Counted from the stretch's first letter, positions 8,673 to 19,411 are shown. The stretch is 64,000 nt of DNA from Deltaproteobacteria bacterium (GCA_022703375.1 JAKLDS010000002.1:20022-84021); one strand, 5' to 3'. Notes: a model not told the origin generated them from the sequence alone. A program made the numbers and translations.

Positions 8673-9482
8673 ATGATTCTTGATAAGATTATCGCAACAA
8701 AAAACGAAGAAGTGGCTAAGGCGAAAAGAAGCCGGCCACTTGCCGAGTTGAAGAAATTAGTAAAAGAGCTTGCGCCCTGCCGGGATTTTACCGCGGCAAT
8801 CAGCGGCAAGGCCTGCTCCGTTATTGCCGAAGTCAAATGCGCTTCACCCTCCCGCGGCAGGCTTATTGCAAACTTTGACCCGCCGGCCCTGGCGCGGATT
8901 TATGAAGCCAATGGCGCCGCGGCGATTTCCGTGCTCACCGATGAAAAATATTTTATGGGGCAGAAAAAATATCTGACGCAAATAAGAGAAACTGTCCAAT
9001 TGCCGCTGTTGCGCAAGGATTTTATTATTGACCCTTATCAGGTCTATGAAAGCCGGGCCATCGGCGCGGATGCCTTGCTGTTGATTGTCCGCCTTCTGGG
9101 AGACAGGCTGGGCGAATATCTGGCGCTGGCGCGGGAATTGGGGATGAGTGCGCTTACGGAAGTGCACACCGCCGCGGAAACAGAAACGGCATTATCGGCA
9201 AGCGCCGCAATTATCGGTATCAACAACAGGAATCTGGATACTTTTGTTACGGATATCAATACCTGTAAGGAACTGGTGCGGCATATTCCGCCGGGGAAAA
9301 TTATTGTGGCGGAAAGCGCTATTAAAAGCAGGGCCGATATTGTCAATATCAGGCAGGCCGGAATTCATGCTTTCCTGATTGGCGAGGCGCTGGCCACTGC
9401 GCCTTATATCGGGGAAAAGTTAAGGGAATTATGCGGAGAAGGAATTAATGGCACAGATAAAAATCTGCGGCATAACAAATGA
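8673..9482 (+). CDS. trpC: indole-3-glycerol phosphate synthase
   Basis: 269 aa. MILDKIIATKNEEV and IAEVKCASPSRG, matching the IAEvKkaSPSkG signature. Confidence 0.93.
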   Translation: MILDKIIATKNEEVAKAKRSRPLAELKKLVKELAPCRDFTAAISGKACSVIAEVKCASPSRGRLIANFDPPALARIYEANGAAAISVLTDEKYFMGQKKYLTQIRETVQLPLLRKDFIIDPYQVYESRAIGADALLLIVRLLGDRLGEYLALARELGMSALTEVHTAAETETALSASAAIIGINNRNLDTFVTDINTCKELVRHIPPGKIIVAESAIKSRADIVNIRQAGIHAFLIGEALATAPYIGEKLRELCGEGINGTDKNLRHNK

Positions 9483-10110
9483 AGAAGATGCGTTGTGCGC
9501 CGCCCGCTGCGGCGCCGCCGCTCTGGGTTTCATTTTTTATCCGCCGTCACCCCGCTATATCACTCCCGCCGCCGCCCTCCCGATTATCAGAAGGCTTCCT
9601 GCCGGAATTGCTACTGTGGGGGTCTTTGTCAACGAAGCGGCAGCAGAGGTCAGGCGAATAGCCGGTTTCTGCAACCTCGATTTTATTCAACTGCACGGCG
9701 ATGAGTCGGTTGAATATTGCCGGAATTTTGCACCGGAAATGATTATCAAGTCTGTCGAATTAAAGAATGAAGATGATTTACGACATGCTGCCCGATACAG
9801 CGCCGCGGCAATTCTGGTGGACAGCCGCGTCGCCGGCCTGTATGGCGGCACGGGTCGAAAGGCCGACTGGGATCTCGCGCTGTCCATTAAAAAATTCAAG
9901 CCGCTGATTTTATCCGGCGGCTTGAATATAGAAAACGTTAAAGAAGCGATGGAAAAAGTCGCGCCGCAGGCACTGGATATCAACAGCGGCGTAGAAATAA
10001 AACCGGGGAAAAAGGATCACCGAAAACTGGAACAGATCTTTGCTGTCGTGCGGGAAGTCCGGCAGCAACAAAACAATATGCCATTAATTTTTACGAAGAG
10101 GAAAATATAA
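9448..10110 (+). CDS. trpF: phosphoribosylanthranilate isomerase
   Basis: 220 aa. [15 protein letters not shown] and a QLHGDE motif. Overlaps the trpC 3' end by 35 nt. Confidence 0.9.
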   Translation: MAQIKICGITNEEDALCAARCGAAALGFIFYPPSPRYITPAAALPIIRRLPAGIATVGVFVNEAAAEVRRIAGFCNLDFIQLHGDESVEYCRNFAPEMIIKSVELKNEDDLRHAARYSAAAILVDSRVAGLYGGTGRKADWDLALSIKKFKPLILSGGLNIENVKEAMEKVAPQALDINSGVEIKPGKKDHRKLEQIFAVVREVRQQQNNMPLIFTKRKI

Positions 10111-11297
10111 TGAAAATAATGCCTGATGAAAAAGGACACTTTGGCATCTTCGGCGGGCGGTATGCCGCCGAAACGCTGATGCCGGCACTCATTGAACTGG
10201 AAGCGGCGTATGCGAAGGCAAAAAAAGACAAGTCTTTTCAAAAGGAATTTGCCTGTTATCAGCGCGATTATGCCGGTCGTGTCACGCCGCTTTATTATGC
10301 CGCCCGCATGACAAAAGCGCTGGGAGGGGCAAAAATATATCTCAAGCGCGAAGATTTGAATCATACCGGCTCTCATAAAATAAACAACACGCTGGGGCAG
10401 GCGCTGCTGGCCAAACGGATGGGCAAGAAAAAAGTTATCGCCGAAACAGGAGCGGGACAGCACGGCGTGGCGACGGCGACGGTAGCGGCGCTTTTTGGTA
10501 TGGAGTGTAAAATATTCATGGGTGAGGAGGACATTCGCAGGCAGGCGCCTAATGTCTTCCGGATGAAAATACTCGGCGCGGAAGTCATCCCCGTAGCAAG
10601 CGGCACGGCAACGCTCAAAGACGCCATGAACGAAGCCATGCGCTACTGGGTTTCTTTGGTGCGCGATACTTTTTACATGATCGGCACAACCGCCGGTCCG
10701 CATCCTTATCCGGAGATGGTGCGCGATTTTCAGTCGGCCATCGGCCGGGAGACAAAAAAGCAAATCAGAAAAGCCGCGGGGCGCAATCCCGATGTGCTGG
10801 TGGCCTGTGTCGGCGGCGGCAGCAATGCGATGGGGCTGTTTTATCCTTTTCGCAATGAAAAAAATATCACCATGTTCGGCGTTGAAGCGGCAGGACATGG
10901 CCTGAATACAAAGGAGCATTCCGCCAGCATCAACGGCGGCAGGATCGGTGTTCTGCACGGCAACAAGACCTATCTCCTGCAGGATAAACATGGCCAGGTG
11001 CGCGATGCCTATTCGATTGCCGCGGGGCTGGATTATCCGGGAGTGGGCCCGGAGCATGCCTATTTTCATACCATCAAAAAAGTTAATTATGTAACAGTGA
11101 CGGATAAGGAAGCCATTGAGGCTTTTTCCTTTTTATCACTGCAGGAGGGAATTATTCCCGCGCTGGAGAGTGCGCACGCCCTCGCTTACGCCATGAAGAT
11201 TGCGCCCAAAATGGCGAGAAATAAAATCATCGTCGTTTGTCTTTCGGGGCGCGGCGATAAAGACGCCCAGACCCTGATCGAAGCTAAGTTACTCTAA
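10110..11297 (+). CDS. trpB: tryptophan synthase beta chain
   Basis: 395 aa. [16 protein letters not shown], and [11 protein letters not shown] carrying the PLP lysine. The start overlaps the trpF stop (TAATG). Confidence 0.96.
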   Translation: MKIMPDEKGHFGIFGGRYAAETLMPALIELEAAYAKAKKDKSFQKEFACYQRDYAGRVTPLYYAARMTKALGGAKIYLKREDLNHTGSHKINNTLGQALLAKRMGKKKVIAETGAGQHGVATATVAALFGMECKIFMGEEDIRRQAPNVFRMKILGAEVIPVASGTATLKDAMNEAMRYWVSLVRDTFYMIGTTAGPHPYPEMVRDFQSAIGRETKKQIRKAAGRNPDVLVACVGGGSNAMGLFYPFRNEKNITMFGVEAAGHGLNTKEHSASINGGRIGVLHGNKTYLLQDKHGQVRDAYSIAAGLDYPGVGPEHAYFHTIKKVNYVTVTDKEAIEAFSFLSLQEGIIPALESAHALAYAMKIAPKMARNKIIVVCLSGRGDKDAQTLIEAKLL

Positions 11298-11381
11298 CTT
11301 TAATTTCCTCTTTCTGATGAAAGGGGCAAGGAGTGGCGCAGAGAGGATGAAATATTACAGTAAATATCCTATACCAATAGT

Positions 11382-11561
11382 GCATTGAAAAGGCTTTTCG
11401 CAGCCGGAAACATTTTGAACAAATCTACGGCTTGTTTCAGGCGCCTCCAAAACTCATCCGCTTTTGGGCGGACTCAAACAGTTGGAGCCGCTTATCTTCC
11501 ACTGCGCCTTGATTTGAAGTAAAAATATTTCCTGATTGGCTTCTCAAAACCATTTCAATGC
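11382..11561. repeat. nested-palindrome repeat family R1 (180-bp copy)
   Basis: Terminal inverted repeat GCATTGAAAAGGCTTTTCGCAGCCGGAAA / TTTCCTGATTGGCTTCTCAAAACCATTTCAATGC. Core CCAAAACTCATCCGC...GCGGACTCAAACAGTTGG. Confidence 0.75.
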
Positions 11562-11633
11562 AAACTAAGTACAATGTTTCTCGCTTCTTGCGGGAGGGAA
11601 TATGAAGGGTTGGTAATAAGAAAGGAATTTGAA

Positions 11634-12428
11634 ATGAGCCGTATAAAAGAAAAGTTTAACTCACTACGTGAGAAAATGGAAAAAGCGCTGATTGTCTATC
11701 TGACGGCAGGCGACCCGTCGCTGAGAATTACTAAAGAATTAATTTTCGCCCTGGAAAAAGCCGGTGCTGATATTCTGGAGATAGGCGTGCCCTTTTCCGA
11801 TCCCACCGCCGACGGGCCGGTTATTCAGGCGGCAGCACAGCGTTCCTTAAAAAACGGCACAACTTTACGGGGCGTTTTGCAAATGGTCGAAGAAGTACGG
11901 CAGTTATCACAAATTCCCATTGTTCTTTTCGGTTACTTTAATCCGATTTTCGCCTACGGCACGGAACAATTTGCCGCCGCGGCAAAAAACGCTGGCGTGG
12001 ACGGAGTCTTGGTAGTTGACCTTCCTTACGAAGAGGCGCCGGAATTGCGGGTATATACTGACAAAGCAGGCATTGATTTTATTTCGCTCATTGCGCCAAC
12101 CAGCGGTACGGAAAGAACACGCCGGATTGCTGCTGACGCCACCGGATTTCTCTATTACATTTCCATTACCGGCATTACCGGAACAGCGGCGCCCCAAATA
12201 TCCGAGATAAAAACCGCCGTGGATAAAATCCGCAAAATTACCGGGCTCCCCATTGCGGTAGGCTTCGGCATATCCAAGCCACAGCAAGCGCGGGAAATCG
12301 GTCAATTCGCCGACGGCGTCGTCATCGGCAGCGCCGTTGTCAAACTGATTGATGAAAATAAAAACAATCCGGATTTACTGAAAGTTGTTTCTGGTTATGT
12401 GGGTGGAATAAAACAAGCACTGCGCTGA
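11634..12428 (+). CDS. trpA: tryptophan synthase alpha chain
   Basis: ORF from 11574; the ATG at 11634 (MSRIKEKF) is the preferred start. Motifs YLTAGDPS and GADILEIGVPFSDPTADGPVIQ. Confidence 0.93.
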   Translation: MSRIKEKFNSLREKMEKALIVYLTAGDPSLRITKELIFALEKAGADILEIGVPFSDPTADGPVIQAAAQRSLKNGTTLRGVLQMVEEVRQLSQIPIVLFGYFNPIFAYGTEQFAAAAKNAGVDGVLVVDLPYEEAPELRVYTDKAGIDFISLIAPTSGTERTRRIAADATGFLYYISITGITGTAAPQISEIKTAVDKIRKITGLPIAVGFGISKPQQAREIGQFADGVVIGSAVVKLIDENKNNPDLLKVVSGYVGGIKQALR

Positions 12429-12480
12429 ACGAAAAGCTGAGCCGGAGAGCAGCCCAGCGGGCTGCGATTGGTTATAGCGG

Positions 12481-12696
12481 CTATGTTTTCCTTTTTAAAT
12501 AAAATGATGCGATTCCAGTACCTAAGCCTCCAATAATAACGCCATAAAATCCACCAAAAATAAGTGGAAGCGGCCACATTGATGCACCACCGCCTCTGTA
12601 TGGAAGAACAAATTCATCAAAAATAATAATTGCGGGCATCACCAAACAAGACAAAATCCAGGCGATATATTCGTTCATTCCACGAAGTCTGAGCAA
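12481..12696 (-). CDS. hypothetical small membrane protein (two predicted TM helices)
   Basis: 71-aa ORF with two hydrophobic, Gly-rich segments. No homology recognised; may be spurious. Confidence 0.3.
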   Translation of the reverse strand: MLRLRGMNEYIAWILSCLVMPAIIIFDEFVLPYRGGGASMWPLPLIFGGFYGVIIGGLGTGIASFYLKRKT

Positions 12697-12998
12697 TAAT
12701 CCAACAAAAAAAGTTATTATTAAAAAATTATTGCTAGCATATTTTACCTTTTATTTTGAACATAACAATGCTTATACGGTCTGTATAAATCTGTAAAGAT
12801 AGCCTGTCTCCTTCTGTATCACAGGTATGAACCTCAAAGAAAGTTTTGGAAACTTTTTGTTCTTAAATTTATGGAATAATATCAATATCGTTAAATAATA
12901 ACAACAATTTAAATCATAATTTATACCTGTTCAAAGCCGATTTATACGGACTGTATAAATAAGCTAAAGCCGTACAAAAATGAACAGGCAAAAGCAGT

Positions 12999-13865
12999 CT
13001 AATCTTTACTAATGAGAAACATAGATAGCGGATCATGTTGGGCAAGATTTTTCCGGACGGCTTTTAAATTGGAATTGGCGTAGCAGTAAAGGCAGCCGTG
13101 CAGGCAGGTATTGTAAGCGCCGATGTCCACGCTGGCAACACAGCCGCAGAGCGGCCGCTGAGTTTTATCCTTCAAGTCGGAGATATGACGGCCGGAAATT
13201 TCACTGATCAATTTATCATCAATACATTTGCCGTGGGTAATGCCCAGACTGCTTAAGTCAATTTCCTCGGCGCAGGTGGCAAGCTCCATATTATTCTTTG
13301 CGGCAATCGCGGCGAAGCCCGCGGCAATCTCGCACATCGTTTTTTCCGTAAAAGGCAAAATACCCAGACACCGCAGATTCTTTTCGCACTTTTTGTACAT
13401 ATCGAGAAAACTGATAACGCAGCGCCTTGTCGCGCCGCGAAGTTCGGCCGCCATTGCCGCAAAAGCTGTCAGATGAAAAGAGACGGGCATTTCCCTGCTC
13501 AGGATTATCGGGTCATAGCGCCAGATAACTCTATTGGCGTCCAGTTTTCGGGAAAGCTCTTTGAACAATTCGATAAGAAGCGGCTTGGGCGGCAGACCCG
13601 GCTCCAGAGTTGCGTCATACGGTGTCAGGGTATATTGAAAATAAAAATTGTAGCCGGAGAGCTCCTCGAGATACGGCAAAATGTTCGCCGGATTTTTCGT
13701 CCAGAAGACGAGACAATCAACGACCTCGGGCGTAAGCACTATTTTGCTTGTCTGGCGCGGGTTGAAGGGATTGCGCAGGCAGACAAAGCCTTCCCGAACG
13801 CGGTTCATGAACCATTCGGCAAAAAAAGCGGGGATGTCAGTGCGGCGGCTCGCGCTGATAATCAT
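12999..13865 (-). CDS. DUF1848-like protein with C-terminal radical-SAM-type Cys cluster
   Basis: 288 aa. The N-terminus MIISASRRTDIPAFF is recalled as the DUF1848 signature. The C-terminus is CGC-x11-CLHGCLYCY (CX3CX2C). Confidence 0.6.
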   Translation of the reverse strand: MIISASRRTDIPAFFAEWFMNRVREGFVCLRNPFNPRQTSKIVLTPEVVDCLVFWTKNPANILPYLEELSGYNFYFQYTLTPYDATLEPGLPPKPLLIELFKELSRKLDANRVIWRYDPIILSREMPVSFHLTAFAAMAAELRGATRRCVISFLDMYKKCEKNLRCLGILPFTEKTMCEIAAGFAAIAAKNNMELATCAEEIDLSSLGITHGKCIDDKLISEISGRHISDLKDKTQRPLCGCVASVDIGAYNTCLHGCLYCYANSNLKAVRKNLAQHDPLSMFLISKD

Positions 13866-13940
13866 ATTTTGCTCATTAAAAAAATTAAGGCGGCTGAATC
13901 ATCGGATTCAACCGCCTCTTTGCTGTGAGATAGATTTCTG

Positions 13941-14498
13941 TTATCTGAATGTGCGGGCAAACAGTTCGGAGACAGCTTTTTTACCGTTTTCGGCAAGAAA
14001 ACGAGTTCCCGTTCCGGCAAAATGGATCTGATCTATTACCGGTTCATCGCCCTTTTTCCGTTCCACCCACTGGGTCTTTTGCCAGGTAAACCAGGCATTG
14101 CGCTTTTGATCGAATACATGCAGCGGCTTGTTGCAGAGCTTGCTGAATTCCGCGCCCCAGCCGGTGCCGCCCTTGACGGTTTTGTCTTCCAGGATTTCGC
14201 CGATGACGAATATTTCCTGGCCATTGTTGATTTGATACCAGATTGTCTGCAAAATCTTGCGGATCGTCGCATTGTCCGTATAGCGGCGGTTCATCAGTTT
14301 GGATACATACTCCAGAGAGATATCGCCGTTTTTCAACTCTTCGTGATTCAGAACGCGCAGGCCCCGGTTGCGGACTATCGTGTGCCCCTCAAATGTAAAA
14401 TTGACTTCTTCAATTCCATATTTCTCCGCATTTGCCCCGAATTCCGCTTCGGCTCCCTGGGCGCCCCCGCTAAAGAGAATAGCATCTTCCTTATTCAT
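13941..14498 (-). CDS. SLOG/DprA/LOG-like Rossmannoid protein (hypothetical)
   Basis: 185 aa. ILFSGGAQGAEAEFGANAEKYG near the N-terminus and VKGGTGWGAEF about 100 aa later resemble the two Gly-rich loops of SLOG-superfamily proteins. The C-terminus is Trp-rich. Confidence 0.45.
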   Translation of the reverse strand: MNKEDAILFSGGAQGAEAEFGANAEKYGIEEVNFTFEGHTIVRNRGLRVLNHEELKNGDISLEYVSKLMNRRYTDNATIRKILQTIWYQINNGQEIFVIGEILEDKTVKGGTGWGAEFSKLCNKPLHVFDQKRNAWFTWQKTQWVERKKGDEPVIDQIHFAGTGTRFLAENGKKAVSELFARTFR

Positions 14499-14855
14499 TA
14501 TCTTTTTCCTTTCTTGTTATCATAAATGATCTCAGATAAAATTTTCAGCAGTCATTTGATATGCGTCTGACATTACGACATCGCTGAACCATTAAAGCAC
14601 TAAACTGTCAAGAGAAATAATGAAACATGACGAAAAAGGACAGGATAAATCACTAGGCTTCCTGTTGATGCAATTTTTAATGTTTCAGAACATTGTCATT
14701 ATGAGATTATTGTGATACGTCAAAATATATTTTTGCAAAAATAAGGGAAGAAAGTGAATATTTTTTAATTGTTTGTTCGATAATATCGGCTAATGCTCAA
14801 TAGTGTTAATTGTCTTAAAAGGCAGAGCCGTTGTAAAATAGACAGATGTTATATT

Positions 14856-15710
14856 ATGGATGTTCGCAGCGCATTAAATCAGGCCGCCCGTGACCTGGAA
14901 AACGCGGGGATTCCTTCGCCGCGGCTGGATGCGGAAGTCCTGATGGCTTTTTGTCTGGGCAGGGAAAGGCTGGAGCTTTATAAATACCCTGACCTGATTT
15001 TGGATGAGCGCCATCTGGTGACTTTCCGGAGTTTCGTGGCCAGAAGGAAAAAATGGGAGCCGGTCGCTTACATAACCGGTTTTAAGGATTTCTGGTCTTG
15101 CCGGCTGGAAGTAAATAAAAGCGTTTTGATACCGCGCCCGGAAACGGAAATAATTGTCGAAGAAGCGCTTAATCTATGCCGGTTATCGGCAGGCCGAAAA
15201 ATCAGCATCCTGGATGTGGGCACCGGCAGCGGCGCAATTGCCATCGCCATGGCCAAGGAATTATCCCATGCCAGGGTGGTTGCCACGGATATTTCTGCGG
15301 CGGCGCTGGCCGTGGCTGCCCATAACGCCCGCCAGGCCGGGCTTGCGGGAAAAATAGATTTCCGGGAAGGAAATTTATTCGAACCGGTTGACGGTTTTTT
15401 TGATATAATAATTTCCAATCCGCCTTACATTGCGGCGGAGGAATATGCCCAACTGCCCGCCGGCGTCCGGGATTTCGAGCCGCGCGAAGCATTGCTGGCC
15501 GGACCGCGGGGCACGGAATTTTACGAATTACTGATTAATCAGGCGATTGAATACCTGCCGCAGGCGGGCTGGCTGCTGCTGGAAATAGGGGCGACCCAGG
15601 AAGCGGCGGTAAGCGGAAAATTAAAGGCCGCAGGCCGTTATGATGAAATCAGCCACAGGGCTGATTATGCCGGCTATCCGCGGGTGATCAGGGCGAGGAG
15701 AAAAAGTTAA
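14856..15710 (+). CDS. prmC: peptide chain release factor N5-glutamine methyltransferase
   Basis: ORF from 14793; the ATG at 14856 ([10 protein letters not shown]) is preferred. SAM motif [11 protein letters not shown] and catalytic NPPY. Confidence 0.9.
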   Translation: MDVRSALNQAARDLENAGIPSPRLDAEVLMAFCLGRERLELYKYPDLILDERHLVTFRSFVARRKKWEPVAYITGFKDFWSCRLEVNKSVLIPRPETEIIVEEALNLCRLSAGRKISILDVGTGSGAIAIAMAKELSHARVVATDISAAALAVAAHNARQAGLAGKIDFREGNLFEPVDGFFDIIISNPPYIAAEEYAQLPAGVRDFEPREALLAGPRGTEFYELLINQAIEYLPQAGWLLLEIGATQEAAVSGKLKAAGRYDEISHRADYAGYPRVIRARRKS

Positions 15711-16960
15711 TGGATAAGTTTATTGTTGAAGGCGGCAAGCCCCTGCATGGTGAAGTGAGCATCAGCGGAGCAAAAAATGCCGCGCTGCCGGTTTTGGCAG
15801 CAGCCCTGCTCGCGTCCGGCACAAGCACCTTTCATAATGTGCCTGATCTGGTTGATATTAAAACCATCAGGAAACTCCTCTGCAATATGGGGGCCGAAAT
15901 TGACGGCGACGGAACTGTCAGCGTCAACGCCGGGAACATTACCGGACAGGAGGCTCCCTACGATCTGGTTAAAACGATGCGGGCTTCCATTCTGGTGCTG
16001 GGGCCTCTGGTCGCGCGGTTCGGAGTAGCGAGAGTTTCGCTGCCCGGCGGCTGCGCCATCGGGGCGAGGCCGGTTAATCTGCATATCAAAGCCCTGCAGG
16101 ATATGGGCGCGCAGGTAGAGCTGAACGGCGGTTATGTCGAAGCCCGCGCGAAAAGACTTAAAGGCGCTGAAATTTATTTTGATATCTCAACGGTTACCGG
16201 AACGGAAAACATCATGATGGCCGCAGCGCTGGCTGAAGGGGTAACTGTTCTGCATAATGCCGCCCGTGAGCCGGAAATTGTCAATCTGGCGGAATTTTTA
16301 AATGCCATGGGCGCGCAGGTTAGCGGTGCCGGCACCGATTTGATTACCATCAGGGGAGTAACATCACTGCGCCCGGCGGAAGCGACCATTATTCCCGACC
16401 GCATCGAGGCTGGAACTTTCATGATTGCCGCCGGCATGACCGGAGGTGAAATTGATATCCGGGGTTGTAATCACAGCCATCTCGAAGCTTTGATTACAAA
16501 ATTGCGGGATACCGGAATGAAAATAACACCGCTGGCCGACGGGCTGAAGGCTGCCTGCGGTGAAAAAATCAACAGTGTTGATATTAAGACGCTTCCTTAT
16601 CCGGGTTTTCCGACGGATTTACAGGCGCAGATGATGGCTTATATGACTATTGGCAGCGGGCTTGCTGTTATTTCGGAAACGGTTTTCGAAAACCGTTTCA
16701 TGCATGTCAGCGAACTGATGCGCATGGGCGCGGATATTGTTATTCAGGGAGGCAGCGCCATCGTGCGGGGAGTACCAGCCCTGCGTGCCGCGCAAACGAT
16801 GGCCACCGATCTGCGGGCTTCCGCATCGCTCTTGCTGGCGGCGCTGGTGGCTCACGGAACTACCGAAATTTCCCGCGTTTATCATATTGACCGCGGTTAT
16901 CAGGGTATTGAAAAGAAATTCTCCGCTCTCGGAGCGGCTATCAGAAGGATGAAGCAATGA
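15710..16960 (+). CDS. murA: UDP-N-acetylglucosamine 1-carboxyvinyltransferase
   Basis: 416 aa. [27 protein letters not shown], and the [12 protein letters not shown] active-site Cys loop. Confidence 0.96.
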   Translation: MDKFIVEGGKPLHGEVSISGAKNAALPVLAAALLASGTSTFHNVPDLVDIKTIRKLLCNMGAEIDGDGTVSVNAGNITGQEAPYDLVKTMRASILVLGPLVARFGVARVSLPGGCAIGARPVNLHIKALQDMGAQVELNGGYVEARAKRLKGAEIYFDISTVTGTENIMMAAALAEGVTVLHNAAREPEIVNLAEFLNAMGAQVSGAGTDLITIRGVTSLRPAEATIIPDRIEAGTFMIAAGMTGGEIDIRGCNHSHLEALITKLRDTGMKITPLADGLKAACGEKINSVDIKTLPYPGFPTDLQAQMMAYMTIGSGLAVISETVFENRFMHVSELMRMGADIVIQGGSAIVRGVPALRAAQTMATDLRASASLLLAALVAHGTTEISRVYHIDRGYQGIEKKFSALGAAIRRMKQ

Positions 16961-18252
16961 TAAAGATAATCAGGGCCGGCGACCGTGAATTTGAAAAATA
17001 TTTTGGCAGACTGCGCCAGCGGGGAGGAGTCTTTACGCCGGAACTTCTGACATCGGTTGTGGAAATAATCCAGGATGTCGTCGTCAGAGGTGATGAAGCC
17101 GTTTTGCAATACACGAAGCAGTTTGACGGTTATGATTTGACCGCGGCTACAATGGAAGCAACCCGCGAGGAGACAGAAGAGGCGCTGGCCTCTGTATCGG
17201 AAGAAGATATGAATGTTTTACGGCTGGCAGCCTTGCGCATTGAAAAATACCACCGTAATCAGATTGTCAAGGGCTGGGCGGTGGCGGATGAAGAGGGTGT
17301 GGAGCTGGGACAGAGAGCGCTGCCCCTGCGCCGCGTCGGCATTTATGCGCCCGGCGGCAAAGCCTGTTACCCGTCCACCATATTGATGGCCGCCATTCCG
17401 GCGCAACTGGCGGGAGTGGAAGAAATTATTCTGGTCAGCCCGGCCAAGGGGGGAAAGCTCAGTCCCTTTGTCGCTGCCGCGGCTTTAGTCACCGGTGTCA
17501 AGCGTATTTTTAAAATCGGCGGAGCGCAGGCAATAGCAGCGCTGGCTTATGGAACCGACACCGTTCCCTATGTGGATAAAATTGTGGGCCCCGGCAATGC
17601 CTATGTTGCCGCAGCGAAAAAACTGGTTTTCGGGCAGGTGGATATTGATATGATTGCCGGCCCCAGCGAAGTAGTTATCATAGCTGATCAAACGGCCGAT
17701 CCCACTTTTGCCGCGGCGGATTTGCTGGCGCAAGCCGAGCATGATGAAATGGCGGCGTCTGTTCTTTTTACTACGGAGGAAAATCTTGCCCGCGCTATTG
17801 CCGGGGAAATTGAAAAGCGTCTGCCATTGTTGCCGAAGCGGGATATTGCGGAAAAATCGCTGATTAATTACGGGGCGATTATTATCACCGAAAGCATCGA
17901 ACAGGCAATCGCGCTGGTTAATATCTTCGCGCCGGAACATCTGGAACTGATGCTGGCCGAACCGGCGCGTTATCTGCTGAAAATAAGAAATGCCGGCTCT
18001 GTATTTCTGGGGCACTTTACACCGGAGGCTCTGGGTGATTATCTGGCCGGAACGAACCACATTCTGCCGACCGGCGGCACGGCGCGATTTTCTTCTCCGC
18101 TGGGTGTTTACGATTTTATCAAAAGAATGAGCGTTCTTTCCTTTTCCGAGGCGGCTCTGGGAAAATTGAGCAAAAATGCAATCTACTTTGCCCGGATGGA
18201 AGGGCTCGATGCGCATGCCAACTCAGTTCTCGTGAGAAAAAAAGAAGTTTAA
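16957..18252 (+). CDS. hisD: histidinol dehydrogenase
   Basis: 431 aa. [24 protein letters not shown] and QAEHD motifs. ATGA overlap with murA. Confidence 0.95.
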   Translation: MIKIIRAGDREFEKYFGRLRQRGGVFTPELLTSVVEIIQDVVVRGDEAVLQYTKQFDGYDLTAATMEATREETEEALASVSEEDMNVLRLAALRIEKYHRNQIVKGWAVADEEGVELGQRALPLRRVGIYAPGGKACYPSTILMAAIPAQLAGVEEIILVSPAKGGKLSPFVAAAALVTGVKRIFKIGGAQAIAALAYGTDTVPYVDKIVGPGNAYVAAAKKLVFGQVDIDMIAGPSEVVIIADQTADPTFAAADLLAQAEHDEMAASVLFTTEENLARAIAGEIEKRLPLLPKRDIAEKSLINYGAIIITESIEQAIALVNIFAPEHLELMLAEPARYLLKIRNAGSVFLGHFTPEALGDYLAGTNHILPTGGTARFSSPLGVYDFIKRMSVLSFSEAALGKLSKNAIYFARMEGLDAHANSVLVRKKEV

Positions 18253-18253
18253 C

Positions 18254-18329
18254 TGGAGCCGATGAGCGGGATCGAACCGCTGACCTGCTGATTACGAATC
18301 AGCTGCTCTACCAGCTGAGCTACATCGGC
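18254..18329 (-). tRNA. tRNA-Thr (anticodon CGT), CCA encoded
   Basis: Hand-folded cloverleaf: GCCGATG-TA-GCTC-AGCTGGTA-GAGC-A-GCTGA-TTCGTAA-TCAGC-AGGTC-AGCGG-TTCGATC-CCGCT-CATCGGC-TCCA. All four stems pair perfectly. Confidence 0.93.
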
Positions 18330-18436
18330 ATTCTGAATATCCCCAAAAAGACCTGCTGTCTTTATCTTAAGGATTTCACCTTGTCAAGTGTTCTGTATAA
18401 ATATTGCAACCGGCTATCGTATCAGCGGTGGTGCCG

Positions 18437-19207
18437 TTACGATAAATTTTGCGCCAGAATCGCGGCACCGATAGCCCCGGCAAACTGGGCATGCGGCGAA
18501 ACTTCCAGCGTCAGGCCCAGCGCTTTTTCCAGGGCTTTAACCACACCGGCATTCTTCGCCACGCCGCCGGTAATCATTGCCGGTTTGGCCAGTCCCGCGC
18601 GCGCAGCCAGCGCAGCGACCCGTGCTCCGATTGATTCATGGATACCGGCAATAATATCTTCCCGTGCCATGCCTTTGGCTATCAGGGATATAACTTCCGA
18701 TTCGGCAAAGACGGTACACAGGCTGCTGATCGGAGAAGGATTTTTTGCCTGTCCGGATATAGTGCCGAATTCATCAAGGTTGATTTCCAGCGCCCGCGCC
18801 ATAACTTCCAGAAACCGGCCGGTGCCGGCGGCGCATTTGTCATTCATGACAAAATTTTTGACTTTGCCCTGTTCATCAAGCAGGATGGCTTTACTGTCCT
18901 GACCGCCGATATCAATGATAAAACGGATTTTATCGTTCAAATAGCGCGCCCCGGCGGCATGACAGCTGATTTCCGTGATTGCTTTATCGGCAAAGCTCAC
19001 ACTGGCGCGGCCGTAGCCGGTGGCAACTATCTTAAACTTTTCCGCGCCGGCAATTCCCGCATCCCGGAGGATTTCGGCAAACAATTTTTCTCCCGCCGCT
19101 TCCGAGTTGTAACCGGTAAAAATCAGTTTGGTCGCGGCAATTTTTCCATTTCTGAACAGCGCCGCCTTGGCCGTTATGGAGCCGATGTCAATCCCTGCCG
19201 TATCCAT
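18437..19207 (-). CDS. BadF/BadG/BcrA/BcrD-type ATPase (2-hydroxyacyl-CoA dehydratase activator-like)
   Basis: About 256 aa. GIDIGS actin-fold phosphate-1 motif, and NDKCAAGTGRFLE (cluster-ligand Cys region typical of HgdC/BcrAD). Confidence 0.85.
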   Translation of the reverse strand: MDTAGIDIGSITAKAALFRNGKIAATKLIFTGYNSEAAGEKLFAEILRDAGIAGAEKFKIVATGYGRASVSFADKAITEISCHAAGARYLNDKIRFIIDIGGQDSKAILLDEQGKVKNFVMNDKCAAGTGRFLEVMARALEINLDEFGTISGQAKNPSPISSLCTVFAESEVISLIAKGMAREDIIAGIHESIGARVAALAARAGLAKPAMITGGVAKNAGVVKALEKALGLTLEVSPHAQFAGAIGAAILAQNLS

Positions 19208-19411
19208 CAAAATTATTCTCCACTCTGTGCTTTATATTATCGTAAAACTTAGTTCCGGCAACTAAAAAAGTCAAATCATATTAAACGGACTGAGGCGGCG
19301 GGTTTGTTCATGCCGCTTGCTTTTTCCCGGCCACTTTGTGTATAGTTGCAACTGCCAATATTCATTATCTGCGGAAAATAATGCCAGATAAAGTAAAAGG
19401 AGAAAACAATC

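Noticed and set aside
8501-8836. 111-aa minus-strand ORF
   Set aside because: It spans an R1 repeat and the 5' end of trpC, so it is an artefact of the repeat sequence. The small ORFs inside other repeats (6683-6880, 30912-31136, 30936-31154, 31147-31413, 36349-36585) are rejected on the same grounds.
10017-11069. 350-aa ORF on the minus strand
   Set aside because: It lies entirely antisense to trpB, which carries unmistakable motifs. Its composition (Arg/His/Cys-rich, low complexity) is typical of a shadow ORF.
12446-12470. Terminator after trpA
   Set aside because: GCAGCCC-AGC-GGGCTGC forms a 7-bp stem, but it has only a 3-nt loop and no following U-tract. This is too weak to call.
17485-18216. 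243-aa minus-strand ORF
   Set aside because: Antisense shadow of hisD, with no recognisable motifs.
18254-18437. tRNA-Thr as the integration site of a genomic island
   Set aside because: No integrase was found, no duplicated tRNA 3' segment is visible downstream, and the flanking genes look like ordinary metabolism.
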